DNA from: Escherichia phage ECBP1
Length of the DNA: 64,000 nucleotides
Sequence record: NC_018854.1
Strand: one strand, 5' to 3'
A program made the translations under genes and the position numbers. The notes below the pieces were generated by a model. That model ran no database searches, had not been told where the DNA came from, and saw nothing but the letters and a program-made list of their open reading frames with translations. This document shows positions 9,237 to 17,633 of the stretch, one piece after another (the first letter of the stretch is position 1; the number at the start of each line of letters is the position of its first letter).

Positions 9237-9472
9237 AAAAACTAGCTCTATACGCAATGCTAATTAGTACCCTACTAACACTGACCTACGCATACAAAGT
9301 TGCCTTTGTCGTAGAAACAGATATGCAGTTCATTCGAGCTAGTATTCTGTTCTTTGTAAGCGAGATTGGTTTATGGTGTGTTTACTACTTTGCTCGTGAC
9401 TACGAAGCAATTCGTGAGCAAGAAGAAGTGAAAAAACAAATGATACGATTTGTAGAACAAAATCGTAAGTAA
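9233..9472 (+). CDS. hypothetical membrane protein
   Basis: Two hydrophobic segments (LALYAMLISTLLTL, ILFFVSEIGLWCVYYF). Confidence 0.45.
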   Translation: MKKLALYAMLISTLLTLTYAYKVAFVVETDMQFIRASILFFVSEIGLWCVYYFARDYEAIREQEEVKKQMIRFVEQNRK

Positions 9473-9477
9473 ACCTA

Positions 9478-9504
9478 AGACCTCCTCCGGGAGGTCTTTT
9501 TTTG
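9478..9504 (+). terminator. intrinsic terminator
   Basis: AGACCTCC-tccg-GGAGGTCT followed by TTTTTTT. Confidence 0.75.
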
Positions 9505-9532
9505 GTTTCAATTAACTCTTTCAGGAGGGCAT

Positions 9533-9745
9533 ATGCCTGCTAAATACCGTATCAAAGACACACCCGTAATGTGTGAGGGTGAGAAGGGCGACATTGTATA
9601 TGCCTGTATCCAGGATGATTTCAATGCTGCTCAGATGCTAACCCAAATGACAAATACACTGCATGTGTCAGTAACACTGGACCCTACCGGTGACTATCCA
9701 TGCTTCCCTATTCCTGCCCATAACCTGGAGCAAATCCATGATTAA
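9533..9745 (+). CDS. hypothetical protein
   Basis: 70-aa ORF with GGAGG-like RBS upstream. Confidence 0.4.
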   Translation: MPAKYRIKDTPVMCEGEKGDIVYACIQDDFNAAQMLTQMTNTLHVSVTLDPTGDYPCFPIPAHNLEQIHD

Positions 9746-10064
9746 CCCTGAAGTAATTCATAGTAAAACCGGTAAGGCTGTCCCACTCAGTGAGATTGCA
9801 GTAACTGGTGATATTGCTGCTTGTCCAGCTAACATTGCCTCTCTATGCATATGCATCGCTGCACTAGCAGAGGAACGTAAGTTATGGCTGGAACCAAGCA
9901 AGGAAATGATTCAGGCTGGTTTAGCTGAAGTACAAAACACGTTAGATAACTGGGAAGAGAACGGCCCACTACCATATGGAACGGTCAACGATATAACAGA
10001 TGACATGGCATCAGATATGGCTGTGTTTGTATTACAAGCAATGGCAGGTAAACGCAATGGCTAA
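9738..10064 (+). CDS. hypothetical protein
   Basis: ATG at 9738 overlapping upstream stop (ATGATTAA); about 108 aa. Confidence 0.4.
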   Translation: MINPEVIHSKTGKAVPLSEIAVTGDIAACPANIASLCICIAALAEERKLWLEPSKEMIQAGLAEVQNTLDNWEENGPLPYGTVNDITDDMASDMAVFVLQAMAGKRNG

Positions 10065-10248
10065 TGTAAATATCGCCTCAGAGAAAACGTATAGCATTCA
10101 GATTAATGGTTTAACCGAGTATCAGGTCTTATTCCTAATGAATGCTTTTCAAAATAGTCCTGTAGGTCACCATCCTAATGATGAACCACGGGAAGAAGCT
10201 GAACTTCGTAAAGCTATTTTTGATAAGTGTAAACAAGTTCTAATGTAA
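10057..10248 (+). CDS. hypothetical protein
   Basis: ATG at 10057 overlapping upstream stop; 63 aa. Confidence 0.35.
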   Translation: MANVNIASEKTYSIQINGLTEYQVLFLMNAFQNSPVGHHPNDEPREEAELRKAIFDKCKQVLM

Positions 10249-10275
10249 GCAACATTTAATCTGGAGAGTAAATAA

Positions 10276-12843
10276 ATGTTAGTTGCAGATACCAACGAAA
10301 TAGCTACCTCAGCGACACTGGGTGGCAAAGAAACAATTGCCTTTGGCATCTCAGATGACTCGGCATTCTTCCATGTATTAAGTACTTCCCTGTATAACAA
10401 TCCTACTCTGGCAGTAGTTCGTGAGACTATATGTAACAGCTGGGATGCTCATATTGAGGCAGGTAAAACTGATACCCCTATTCGTATCACCATTGATACA
10501 GACAACTTTATTACCTTCCGTGATTACGGTAGTGGTATTCCAGATGAACTCATTGGTTCCATTTATGGTGTCTATGGTGCATCTACTAAGAAAGCCAACA
10601 TTAGTGTTACTGGTGGCTTTGGTCTGGGATGTAAATCTCCATTCGCTTATACAGATAGCTTCCAGGTTACTTCATGGAACCAAGGAAAGATGTCTGTATA
10701 TAACGTAGCTAAGGCTGCGATTGAGAATGATGGTAAGCCGGGTATTGTCCCTATTGTTACCAATATACCTACTGAGGAATCCGGTCTGGAAGTTAAATTC
10801 CAGTTAGGCAAACATGATTTAAATACCTTTATTCATTACATCAAGTCAATCGTATTTAACGGTGAGATTAAAGCTGAGCTTAGTATCCCTAAACTCGTTA
10901 AAACAGAAGAAGGTAATAGTATTCAACAAGGTGACTACACTTTACTGAATACGCTGGGCATGTCATTTGAACCTGGTTCATATGATATGTCTGATAGATG
11001 GTATCAGGGCTATATGGGTAGCAGTAACATATACGTTCGCTACGGTAATGTAATGTACCCAATTGTATCCAGCCCAGCTAGTGAAGAAGCTGTAGGTCTT
11101 ATCCTCAACTTCATGAATATTATTGGTGCTGGCAATTTAGTAGTTCAGGCTGCACCAGACACCTTAGCTATTGCTCCTAGTCGAGAAACACTGTCTAACC
11201 AGAAGTTAACCGACGATGGTATTACTACTCTATGCGTAGATTTAGTAGACCGTATGGAGAAAGAGATTAAGGCTAAGATTCCTGAAGCCATTAAGCAGGT
11301 TGAAGAATATGCCTCTAAATCCTCTACTCGCTTTTGGGAATATCCATCTTTCTTGGGTGCTGTTACAGATAGAACTGTTCAACGCTATATGTCTTCTAGT
11401 TTATGGACTAAACAACGTAAGCATCACATAAAGCACTGGCGTAACTTATCCAATAAGGCGTTATTAGCTCGTCCTGAATATGCAGGTCTTAAGAAGCTGT
11501 ATGGTAAGGCTATGCATGCTCTTAAGGATACTCGTGAGGAAAGTACATACTCCCCATTCTCAGAATTAGTATATCGCCATCTGCATTTACCTCGGCTTGC
11601 TGCTTTAAAAACCTCTGGTATTAAGTGGTCTGGTTACATAATGAATCAAGGCAACCGTGTTGACTTGGTAAAAGGTAAACTTACTGACTACTTTAGGATA
11701 TACAATAACTCTCACCAAAGTATTGGCATATTTACTACCAAGAACGTTGTAGTTACCCGACGTTTATCTGACTGTGCAGACTCTTTCTCATACTTCCCTG
11801 AATACAATCGAGGTGACCTGGAGCGTACAGCTTTTGTTCATGTCGTTGGTCCTAAGAAAGGTGCAGCAGAGGAAGCTGTAGCTAAGTTCACTGCTATGGG
11901 TTATCGGGTGATTGACCTTACTCAATATAATGAGTGGGACAAACCAACTAACTTCCGCAGGGAACAAGCTAAGATAGCTGCTGAGAAACGAGCCAAGACA
12001 ATAGCTGCCAATAAAACCAAAGCAGGTGGTAAAACCAATGCTCTGATTTCATTGAATGCAGTTCTTGGTGCTACCCAGGTACGTAATAAAAATGGGGATT
12101 GGGAACCCAGGCCGTATATTCAGAAAGAATTTGCTGACCCAAGTCGTCATGAGAAATATGGTTTCGTTGAGATAGAACAGCCTAAGTACTACGTACTAGC
12201 CAATCAGGTTGGTTCTGGTAGTCCTGTAACTGCTCGAATTGGAACCATGTGGAAATGGTATGAGTTGCCTGATGAGATGAAAGCAGAGACTGTTGTCTGT
12301 CGTAATCAAATCGAAGCTAACAAGGCCAAACGACGAGGTGCTATCCACATTGATGATGTTCGCTTTAGTGAATTGATGTCTGTTATTACCAGCAAAGGCT
12401 TCAAGAAATATGTTACTGAACATCGCATCGGTATTCTTGAATACGTAGGACTGGATGACAGGGAATACTGGGAAATTCTAGACATACTGGGTCTAACCTT
12501 CAAACCCTTACAGAATCTGATTTTCAAACCAGAGTATGAATGGGCATATGACTTTTTACGAAATCGACCACACGACAACAAAGAAAAACTTGTTGAAATG
12601 GGTTGTATTAAGTCAGTTGATGACTTAGAGCCATATGTAAAACTGGTTAATCCCCGTAACCATAAGTACTTTAAAGTACTTAATGATTACAAAGAATTAT
12701 TCAGTTATAGCTGGAATAAAAATGACATCCTACAGACGCTGGACTTAGGTAGTTTGGTCAAACACCTTAAGAAGAATCCAGAGGATATTCCTGGGTTTAA
12801 GTCCCTCTACCGTAATCGTCTAAATAAACTGAAAGGTAACTAA
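10276..12843 (+). CDS. rIIA: rIIA-like protein with N-terminal GHKL (histidine kinase/HSP90-type) ATPase fold
   Basis: GHKL boxes: 'ETICNSWDAH' (N box), 'RDYGSGIP' (G1), 'GGFGLG' (G2); 855 aa; followed by rIIB-sized partner as in T4/N4. Confidence 0.65.
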   Translation: MLVADTNEIATSATLGGKETIAFGISDDSAFFHVLSTSLYNNPTLAVVRETICNSWDAHIEAGKTDTPIRITIDTDNFITFRDYGSGIPDELIGSIYGVYGASTKKANISVTGGFGLGCKSPFAYTDSFQVTSWNQGKMSVYNVAKAAIENDGKPGIVPIVTNIPTEESGLEVKFQLGKHDLNTFIHYIKSIVFNGEIKAELSIPKLVKTEEGNSIQQGDYTLLNTLGMSFEPGSYDMSDRWYQGYMGSSNIYVRYGNVMYPIVSSPASEEAVGLILNFMNIIGAGNLVVQAAPDTLAIAPSRETLSNQKLTDDGITTLCVDLVDRMEKEIKAKIPEAIKQVEEYASKSSTRFWEYPSFLGAVTDRTVQRYMSSSLWTKQRKHHIKHWRNLSNKALLARPEYAGLKKLYGKAMHALKDTREESTYSPFSELVYRHLHLPRLAALKTSGIKWSGYIMNQGNRVDLVKGKLTDYFRIYNNSHQSIGIFTTKNVVVTRRLSDCADSFSYFPEYNRGDLERTAFVHVVGPKKGAAEEAVAKFTAMGYRVIDLTQYNEWDKPTNFRREQAKIAAEKRAKTIAANKTKAGGKTNALISLNAVLGATQVRNKNGDWEPRPYIQKEFADPSRHEKYGFVEIEQPKYYVLANQVGSGSPVTARIGTMWKWYELPDEMKAETVVCRNQIEANKAKRRGAIHIDDVRFSELMSVITSKGFKKYVTEHRIGILEYVGLDDREYWEILDILGLTFKPLQNLIFKPEYEWAYDFLRNRPHDNKEKLVEMGCIKSVDDLEPYVKLVNPRNHKYFKVLNDYKELFSYSWNKNDILQTLDLGSLVKHLKKNPEDIPGFKSLYRNRLNKLKGN

Positions 12844-12847
12844 TCTG

Positions 12848-14896
12848 ATGAAAATCGAACTGATTTCTATCATCGCACTGGCAGTTGACAGTCGTAACCT
12901 TACATTGTGGAAGCCCGATGGCTCCACGATTGTATATCCTCAGAGCGACCCACGGGTTGCTCGCATTGTATCTGAAGCTCAAACTAAAGGTCTGGGAACT
13001 ACCAAAGACCAAATAGAAGTAAACATCGCACCAGAAGTAAACCTGCGTACTGAATATCTGGAAGCAGAGAAGAACACTAACGGATTCGTCCGTTTCTTCA
13101 AGGTAGCTAAAGCTAAACTCAAAGAGTTCTTTCAGGATGGTACAGGTGTTCCACCTGACCGTATTATTTCTGATATTAAGCTGGGTAATCCTACTAAGAC
13201 ACTGGTGTCTAAAGCTATGGATACCTTTCTGGCTGTACAGGCCAATGAACCAGAAGTAACTGTAACAGATGGTTGTTATGACAAACGTGACAATCTGATG
13301 TGGGTTACTGGCTGGGACAAAGACCATAACCATCCTGCACTGGTTCGTTTTATTAACGACGTAATGGGTTGTGGGTATGAATATACTAACACCATGCTCA
13401 AACAGGAATGGCCTGTTGCAGTTCGTGCAGTATCTGATGATGAAATGGGTGAGTTTGCTAAACAAGCCGAACACATCAAAGGGGTTCATGTTGTATTCAC
13501 CAGTCGTAAACATACCCCACCACCTTACATTGAAGTAACTAAAGTTACGAACCAGGATAAGCTGGCTGCTGCCTCGGAGAAACTAGCTGCATTGGGTGCT
13601 ATTAGTACTGATGACGCTAACTTCCACACCGATGTGAAGGAAGATGAAGTGGTTGTTGCTGTTACCAACAATGGGGTTATCCCCGGAGTTGAGAACCTGC
13701 AACGTCACTTACGTCAGTCTGCCAAGCTGAAAGACTACAAGGGCTTTACTAAGTTCCTTGAACGTCTGGCTCCGGTTATTAAAGACCGTCTGCACTCAGT
13801 AGAAGACCTGATGAAGTTCATGGAAACTGCTGAACTGCCTATTGCCGATGATGGTTCAATCCTGTTCCTCAAACGCCTTAAGTCTAGTGGTATAGAAAAC
13901 GGTAAACGTGTATTCGTTGACTGTCACTCGGGTAACATTCGTCAATGGGTAGGCTGTAAAGTGCAGGTACGCGAAGACCTGGTAGACCCTGACCGTCGTC
14001 AGGATTGCTCTAACGGTCTGCACGTAGCATCCATGAGCTATCTACGTGGCTTCGGTGGTAATGTGACCATCCTTGGTAAAGTAGCACCGGAAGATGTATT
14101 TGCTGTTCCTCAGTACAGCACCAATAAAATGCGTGTATCTGCATATCATATTATTGCTGAACTACCGGAAGAGGAACGTAATAATGTTAATAATGGTATC
14201 TACCTGTCTAAGACAGAAGTAGGTAAGAAATTGCTTAATGATGCCATCGTTGGGAACCATAGCTCACCTACCACACTTATTATGGTTGGGGGTCATTATG
14301 GTACTAACCTCAAATACACTAATCTCACATCTGGTTCTGTAGAACAATTCCGTACAGTTGCTAGCAAAGAAGCACTGAACATGGAAGAGTCACTGAATGA
14401 AGCTGTAGCTGCTGAACCAGTGAAGGCTACTGACCTTAAACCTGTTATTAAGAAGGCTCCTACTGTGAAAGAACAAATCCAGGAACTGGTCAAAGAGTTC
14501 CTTACTGCAACAACCCCAGAAGATAAGTTAGCTGCTGCTGACCTTCTGGTAGAACTGCGTGGTAAAGCTCGTAAGCCTTGGGCTGCATTCGATGTGGGTA
14601 ATGATGTAGTAGCTAAGATTGCTGATGTACGTGCTACCTATACAGCTAAGCCTATTGGTAAACCTAAAGCTGTTAAGCAGGATAAGACAGTTAAACCTAC
14701 TAAATCTAAGCCTGCTATTAATAGTACTAATGCCAACATCATCAGAGGTTATCTAGCAGATAGTGGTATGTCTGATTATCAGAAAGCCCACTCCATTCAT
14801 GACCTGAAACGTGCAGCTAAGAAGTCTTATGCTGCTATGGGTCTTACTGAAGAAGAGTGCAAAGCCATTGATAAGCTGAAGCACCACCTTAAGTAA
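12848..14896 (+). CDS. rIIB: rIIB-like protein (by position and size; weak sequence support)
   Basis: 682-aa ORF immediately downstream of rIIA-like gene; Lys-rich C-terminus. Confidence 0.4.
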   Translation: MKIELISIIALAVDSRNLTLWKPDGSTIVYPQSDPRVARIVSEAQTKGLGTTKDQIEVNIAPEVNLRTEYLEAEKNTNGFVRFFKVAKAKLKEFFQDGTGVPPDRIISDIKLGNPTKTLVSKAMDTFLAVQANEPEVTVTDGCYDKRDNLMWVTGWDKDHNHPALVRFINDVMGCGYEYTNTMLKQEWPVAVRAVSDDEMGEFAKQAEHIKGVHVVFTSRKHTPPPYIEVTKVTNQDKLAAASEKLAALGAISTDDANFHTDVKEDEVVVAVTNNGVIPGVENLQRHLRQSAKLKDYKGFTKFLERLAPVIKDRLHSVEDLMKFMETAELPIADDGSILFLKRLKSSGIENGKRVFVDCHSGNIRQWVGCKVQVREDLVDPDRRQDCSNGLHVASMSYLRGFGGNVTILGKVAPEDVFAVPQYSTNKMRVSAYHIIAELPEEERNNVNNGIYLSKTEVGKKLLNDAIVGNHSSPTTLIMVGGHYGTNLKYTNLTSGSVEQFRTVASKEALNMEESLNEAVAAEPVKATDLKPVIKKAPTVKEQIQELVKEFLTATTPEDKLAAADLLVELRGKARKPWAAFDVGNDVVAKIADVRATYTAKPIGKPKAVKQDKTVKPTKSKPAINSTNANIIRGYLADSGMSDYQKAHSIHDLKRAAKKSYAAMGLTEEECKAIDKLKHHLK

Positions 14897-14958
14897 TAGC
14901 CTGTTCAAATAGCCTCACTTATAATAAAGTGAGGCTATCTTTGAAGAGGAAATAAGCT

Positions 14959-15354
14959 ATGTCTAAAGTATTCAGAAGTAATCGCAAAGCAACTGATGAA
15001 GACATCATTCGTATGAATGCTGTTGGTCTGTCCCTCGCAACTATCGCTAAGACGTTGGGGGTTCACCCAACCACAGTCACTTTGCGATTGCGTTCTCTAA
15101 ACATTGAACCAGCCGACACACGTCGGACGTTCATGGAAAACGTATTACGACCTTTACCAACCCATGTGGCTGATTGGCTGTCAGAACAAGTTGGTCCTGC
15201 TTATGAGATTCGCTCATATGTAAGAGACTTGATTCTGGAGGCATATAATAATCGCCACCTTAACCAAGAGAGTGAGCATGACAAGTTCATCCGTTTGTAC
15301 GCTGGCAAATACGGAAGCCTGGTTCCGGAAAGCAGTAGCAAATCCAACAAGTAA
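14959..15354 (+). CDS. helix-turn-helix DNA-binding protein
   Basis: 'IIRMNAVGLSLATIAKTLGVHPTTV' is a typical HTH. Confidence 0.5.
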   Translation: MSKVFRSNRKATDEDIIRMNAVGLSLATIAKTLGVHPTTVTLRLRSLNIEPADTRRTFMENVLRPLPTHVADWLSEQVGPAYEIRSYVRDLILEAYNNRHLNQESEHDKFIRLYAGKYGSLVPESSSKSNK

Positions 15355-15739
15355 GAATATTAGTACCCAGATTGGTTGTCATCTGGAAGAAGTATGTGAA
15401 ATGTTAGATGAGTTGACCCCATCCTGTGAGGATAGTATGCAAGTATTAGCCGATGCACAGGCTGCTTTGAGTAAATTATCTCTGCTGATGAAAACAAATC
15501 ACATGGCTATTTTCCCAGCGAATAGCAATCGCTTAGCTTTGCTGGATTCACTGGCAGACCAGATTGTTACAGCAACTGGAGTCGGTACTTTTCTTGGGAT
15601 GAATGTCCCTGGAGCATTGGCTGAAGTCAATCGCTCAAACTATTCTAAGTTTGAAGATGGAGAACCTGTCTTCAATGGGAACATGAAAGTTATGAAAGGG
15701 AAAGACTACACTCCCCCGGATTTAACCCCTTACATCTAA
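15278..15739 (+). CDS. MazG-like nucleotide pyrophosphohydrolase (start uncertain)
   Basis: 'HLEEVCEMLDEL' EExxE-type metal motif; C-terminal 'NRSNYSKF...KGKDYTPPDL'; frame overlaps upstream gene by about 77 nt. Confidence 0.4.
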   Translation: MTSSSVCTLANTEAWFRKAVANPTSKNISTQIGCHLEEVCEMLDELTPSCEDSMQVLADAQAALSKLSLLMKTNHMAIFPANSNRLALLDSLADQIVTATGVGTFLGMNVPGALAEVNRSNYSKFEDGEPVFNGNMKVMKGKDYTPPDLTPYI

Positions 15740-15759
15740 CCCTCTACGGAGGGTTTTTT
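15740..15759 (+). terminator. intrinsic terminator
   Basis: CCCTC-tacg-GAGGG followed by TTTTTT. Confidence 0.7.
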
Positions 15760-15772
15760 ACTGGAGATTTTA

Positions 15773-17083
15773 ATGTTTTCCAAACCTACCAAAGCCCCAC
15801 TGAACAAGGGGCAAGAAGCGGTTGCGAAGGAGTTCTTCGACTTCCTGCTCGACCCTAATGCTACCGAATTCAATATTAGTGGCCCAGGGGGAACTGGCAA
15901 GACATTCCTGATGTCGCACCTCATTGATGACACTATGCCTGCATATATGGAAACTTGCTCCCTTATGGGAACCAAGCCCCTATATAACGAAGTTGTTATG
16001 ACTGCGACCACGAACAAGGCTGCTGAAGTTCTGGCTCAAGCTACTGGGCGTCCAACATCTACCTATCATTCCTTCCAGGGATTGATTGTTAAGAATGACT
16101 TTAAGACTGGTGAGGCTAATGTCGTACCGTCCAAATCATTCAATATTAAGAAGAACAAAATCATCTTCGTAGACGAAGCATCCATGATTGACCGTCAGTT
16201 ACTTAAGTATGCTCGTGAAGGTACTCACCAGTGCAAACTGGTATTTGTAGGCGATGCTTCTCAGCTTCTGCCTGTTAAAGAGAATAAGTCTCCAGTGTAT
16301 GCAGGTAATATCCCAACACACTATCTGACTGAACAGATGCGTACCGATGCACCGGAACTTAAAGCATTGCACCAGCAATTGCGTGATACGGTAGAAGGTA
16401 AGACAGGCTTCCTGCCTATTAAATGTATTCCAGGCATCATTGATTGGGTACAGGGGGAAGAGATGGAGAAACTGGTTCTCAGTCACTTCACTCAACCTAC
16501 TAATAGCCGTATTGTTGCTTACACAAATGACCAGGTTATTAATTACAATAACTACATTCGTGAAGCTAATGGCTACGTGGGTGAGTACTCCATTGGTGAA
16601 CAGCTAGTCTCTAACTCTGCTATTCGCTTAGGTGTGGATAATCGTCTGTCTATCGAGCAAGACGTAAAACTCATTGACCAGGATAGCAGTACTCGCATGA
16701 TTCCAGTTACAGATGACCTGGAACTGGAAGTTCGTGATAGTACTCTGGACCTTGGTTATGGTGGTATTGTAAGTGAAGTCCCAGTACCTACCGACCCAGA
16801 ATACTTCAACCGTTTGGTTAAGTGGCTAGGTAAAGAGAAGAACTGGGAACCCTACTTCCGTCTTAAAGAAACCATTCCAGACCTACGTGCTACTCATGCA
16901 TGTACTGTCCATAAATCACAAGGCTCTACTTACGACACAATCTTCATTGATGCAGATGACCTCTCAAGCTGTCGCCAACCTGATATGGTTGCCCGTCTGC
17001 TTTACGTCGCTGTGTCTCGTGCCCGTAAGCGAGTAGTGTTTTATGGCAATCTTGCCAGTAAGTATGGTGGTCTAACTTTCTAA
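15773..17083 (+). CDS. SF1 DNA helicase, Dda/RecD-like
   Basis: Walker A 'GPGGTGKT', Walker B 'IIFVDEASMID', C-terminal 'VHKSQGSTYD' RecD/Dda motif. Confidence 0.8.
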   Translation: MFSKPTKAPLNKGQEAVAKEFFDFLLDPNATEFNISGPGGTGKTFLMSHLIDDTMPAYMETCSLMGTKPLYNEVVMTATTNKAAEVLAQATGRPTSTYHSFQGLIVKNDFKTGEANVVPSKSFNIKKNKIIFVDEASMIDRQLLKYAREGTHQCKLVFVGDASQLLPVKENKSPVYAGNIPTHYLTEQMRTDAPELKALHQQLRDTVEGKTGFLPIKCIPGIIDWVQGEEMEKLVLSHFTQPTNSRIVAYTNDQVINYNNYIREANGYVGEYSIGEQLVSNSAIRLGVDNRLSIEQDVKLIDQDSSTRMIPVTDDLELEVRDSTLDLGYGGIVSEVPVPTDPEYFNRLVKWLGKEKNWEPYFRLKETIPDLRATHACTVHKSQGSTYDTIFIDADDLSSCRQPDMVARLLYVAVSRARKRVVFYGNLASKYGGLTF

Positions 17084-17093
17084 GGGAGGATAT

Positions 17094-17624
17094 ATGCCTC
17101 AGATTGGTTCAGCGACTATTGGTCAGGTTGCCAATAGCAGTGAGATAGTCAAACACCTGTTCTTAGCAGAACTGGTTCGTCTTGATAGTGTGTTAAACGG
17201 TATCATTGATAAGAACGACCGTATCAATGGTATTGATATATCGGCTGGATTTCTTTATCAAGGGGAGTTCTATCAGCGTTCTAATGCTGCCAGACCTCCA
17301 ACCTACGGTGAACGATTAACACTTAATCCAGAACTTTGGCCTGCAATGGACAAGTATCTGAAAGCCTCCAGTCGCCTGATTATGGAAGTACACCTTGTGA
17401 ACCAGACTGTATATCGCCTGGTTCGTGGTTGTATGTCCTATCAGGATGTACGTGATGCTTTACCTGAATGCCTGGTAGCCCAGGACCAGACTGGTAAGTA
17501 CAAGGAACTGCCACGTACTCGTGAAGCAGCCTGGACACTTGCTGGTGATCCTATGGCAATAAAACAGTATGAGAAGATTCTTCCCTCTATTGAGTACTAT
17601 GCAGCTTCCCATCTGATTTTCTAA
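17094..17624 (+). CDS. hypothetical protein
   Basis: 176-aa ORF between helicase and polymerase, RBS GGAGG upstream. Confidence 0.5.
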   Translation: MPQIGSATIGQVANSSEIVKHLFLAELVRLDSVLNGIIDKNDRINGIDISAGFLYQGEFYQRSNAARPPTYGERLTLNPELWPAMDKYLKASSRLIMEVHLVNQTVYRLVRGCMSYQDVRDALPECLVAQDQTGKYKELPRTREAAWTLAGDPMAIKQYEKILPSIEYYAASHLIF

Positions 17625-17633
17625 GGTAAGGCT

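Noticed and set aside
12797-13513. 238-aa minus-strand ORF overlapping the rIIA/rIIB junction
   Set aside because: Antisense to two strongly supported plus-strand genes in a plus-strand-only region.
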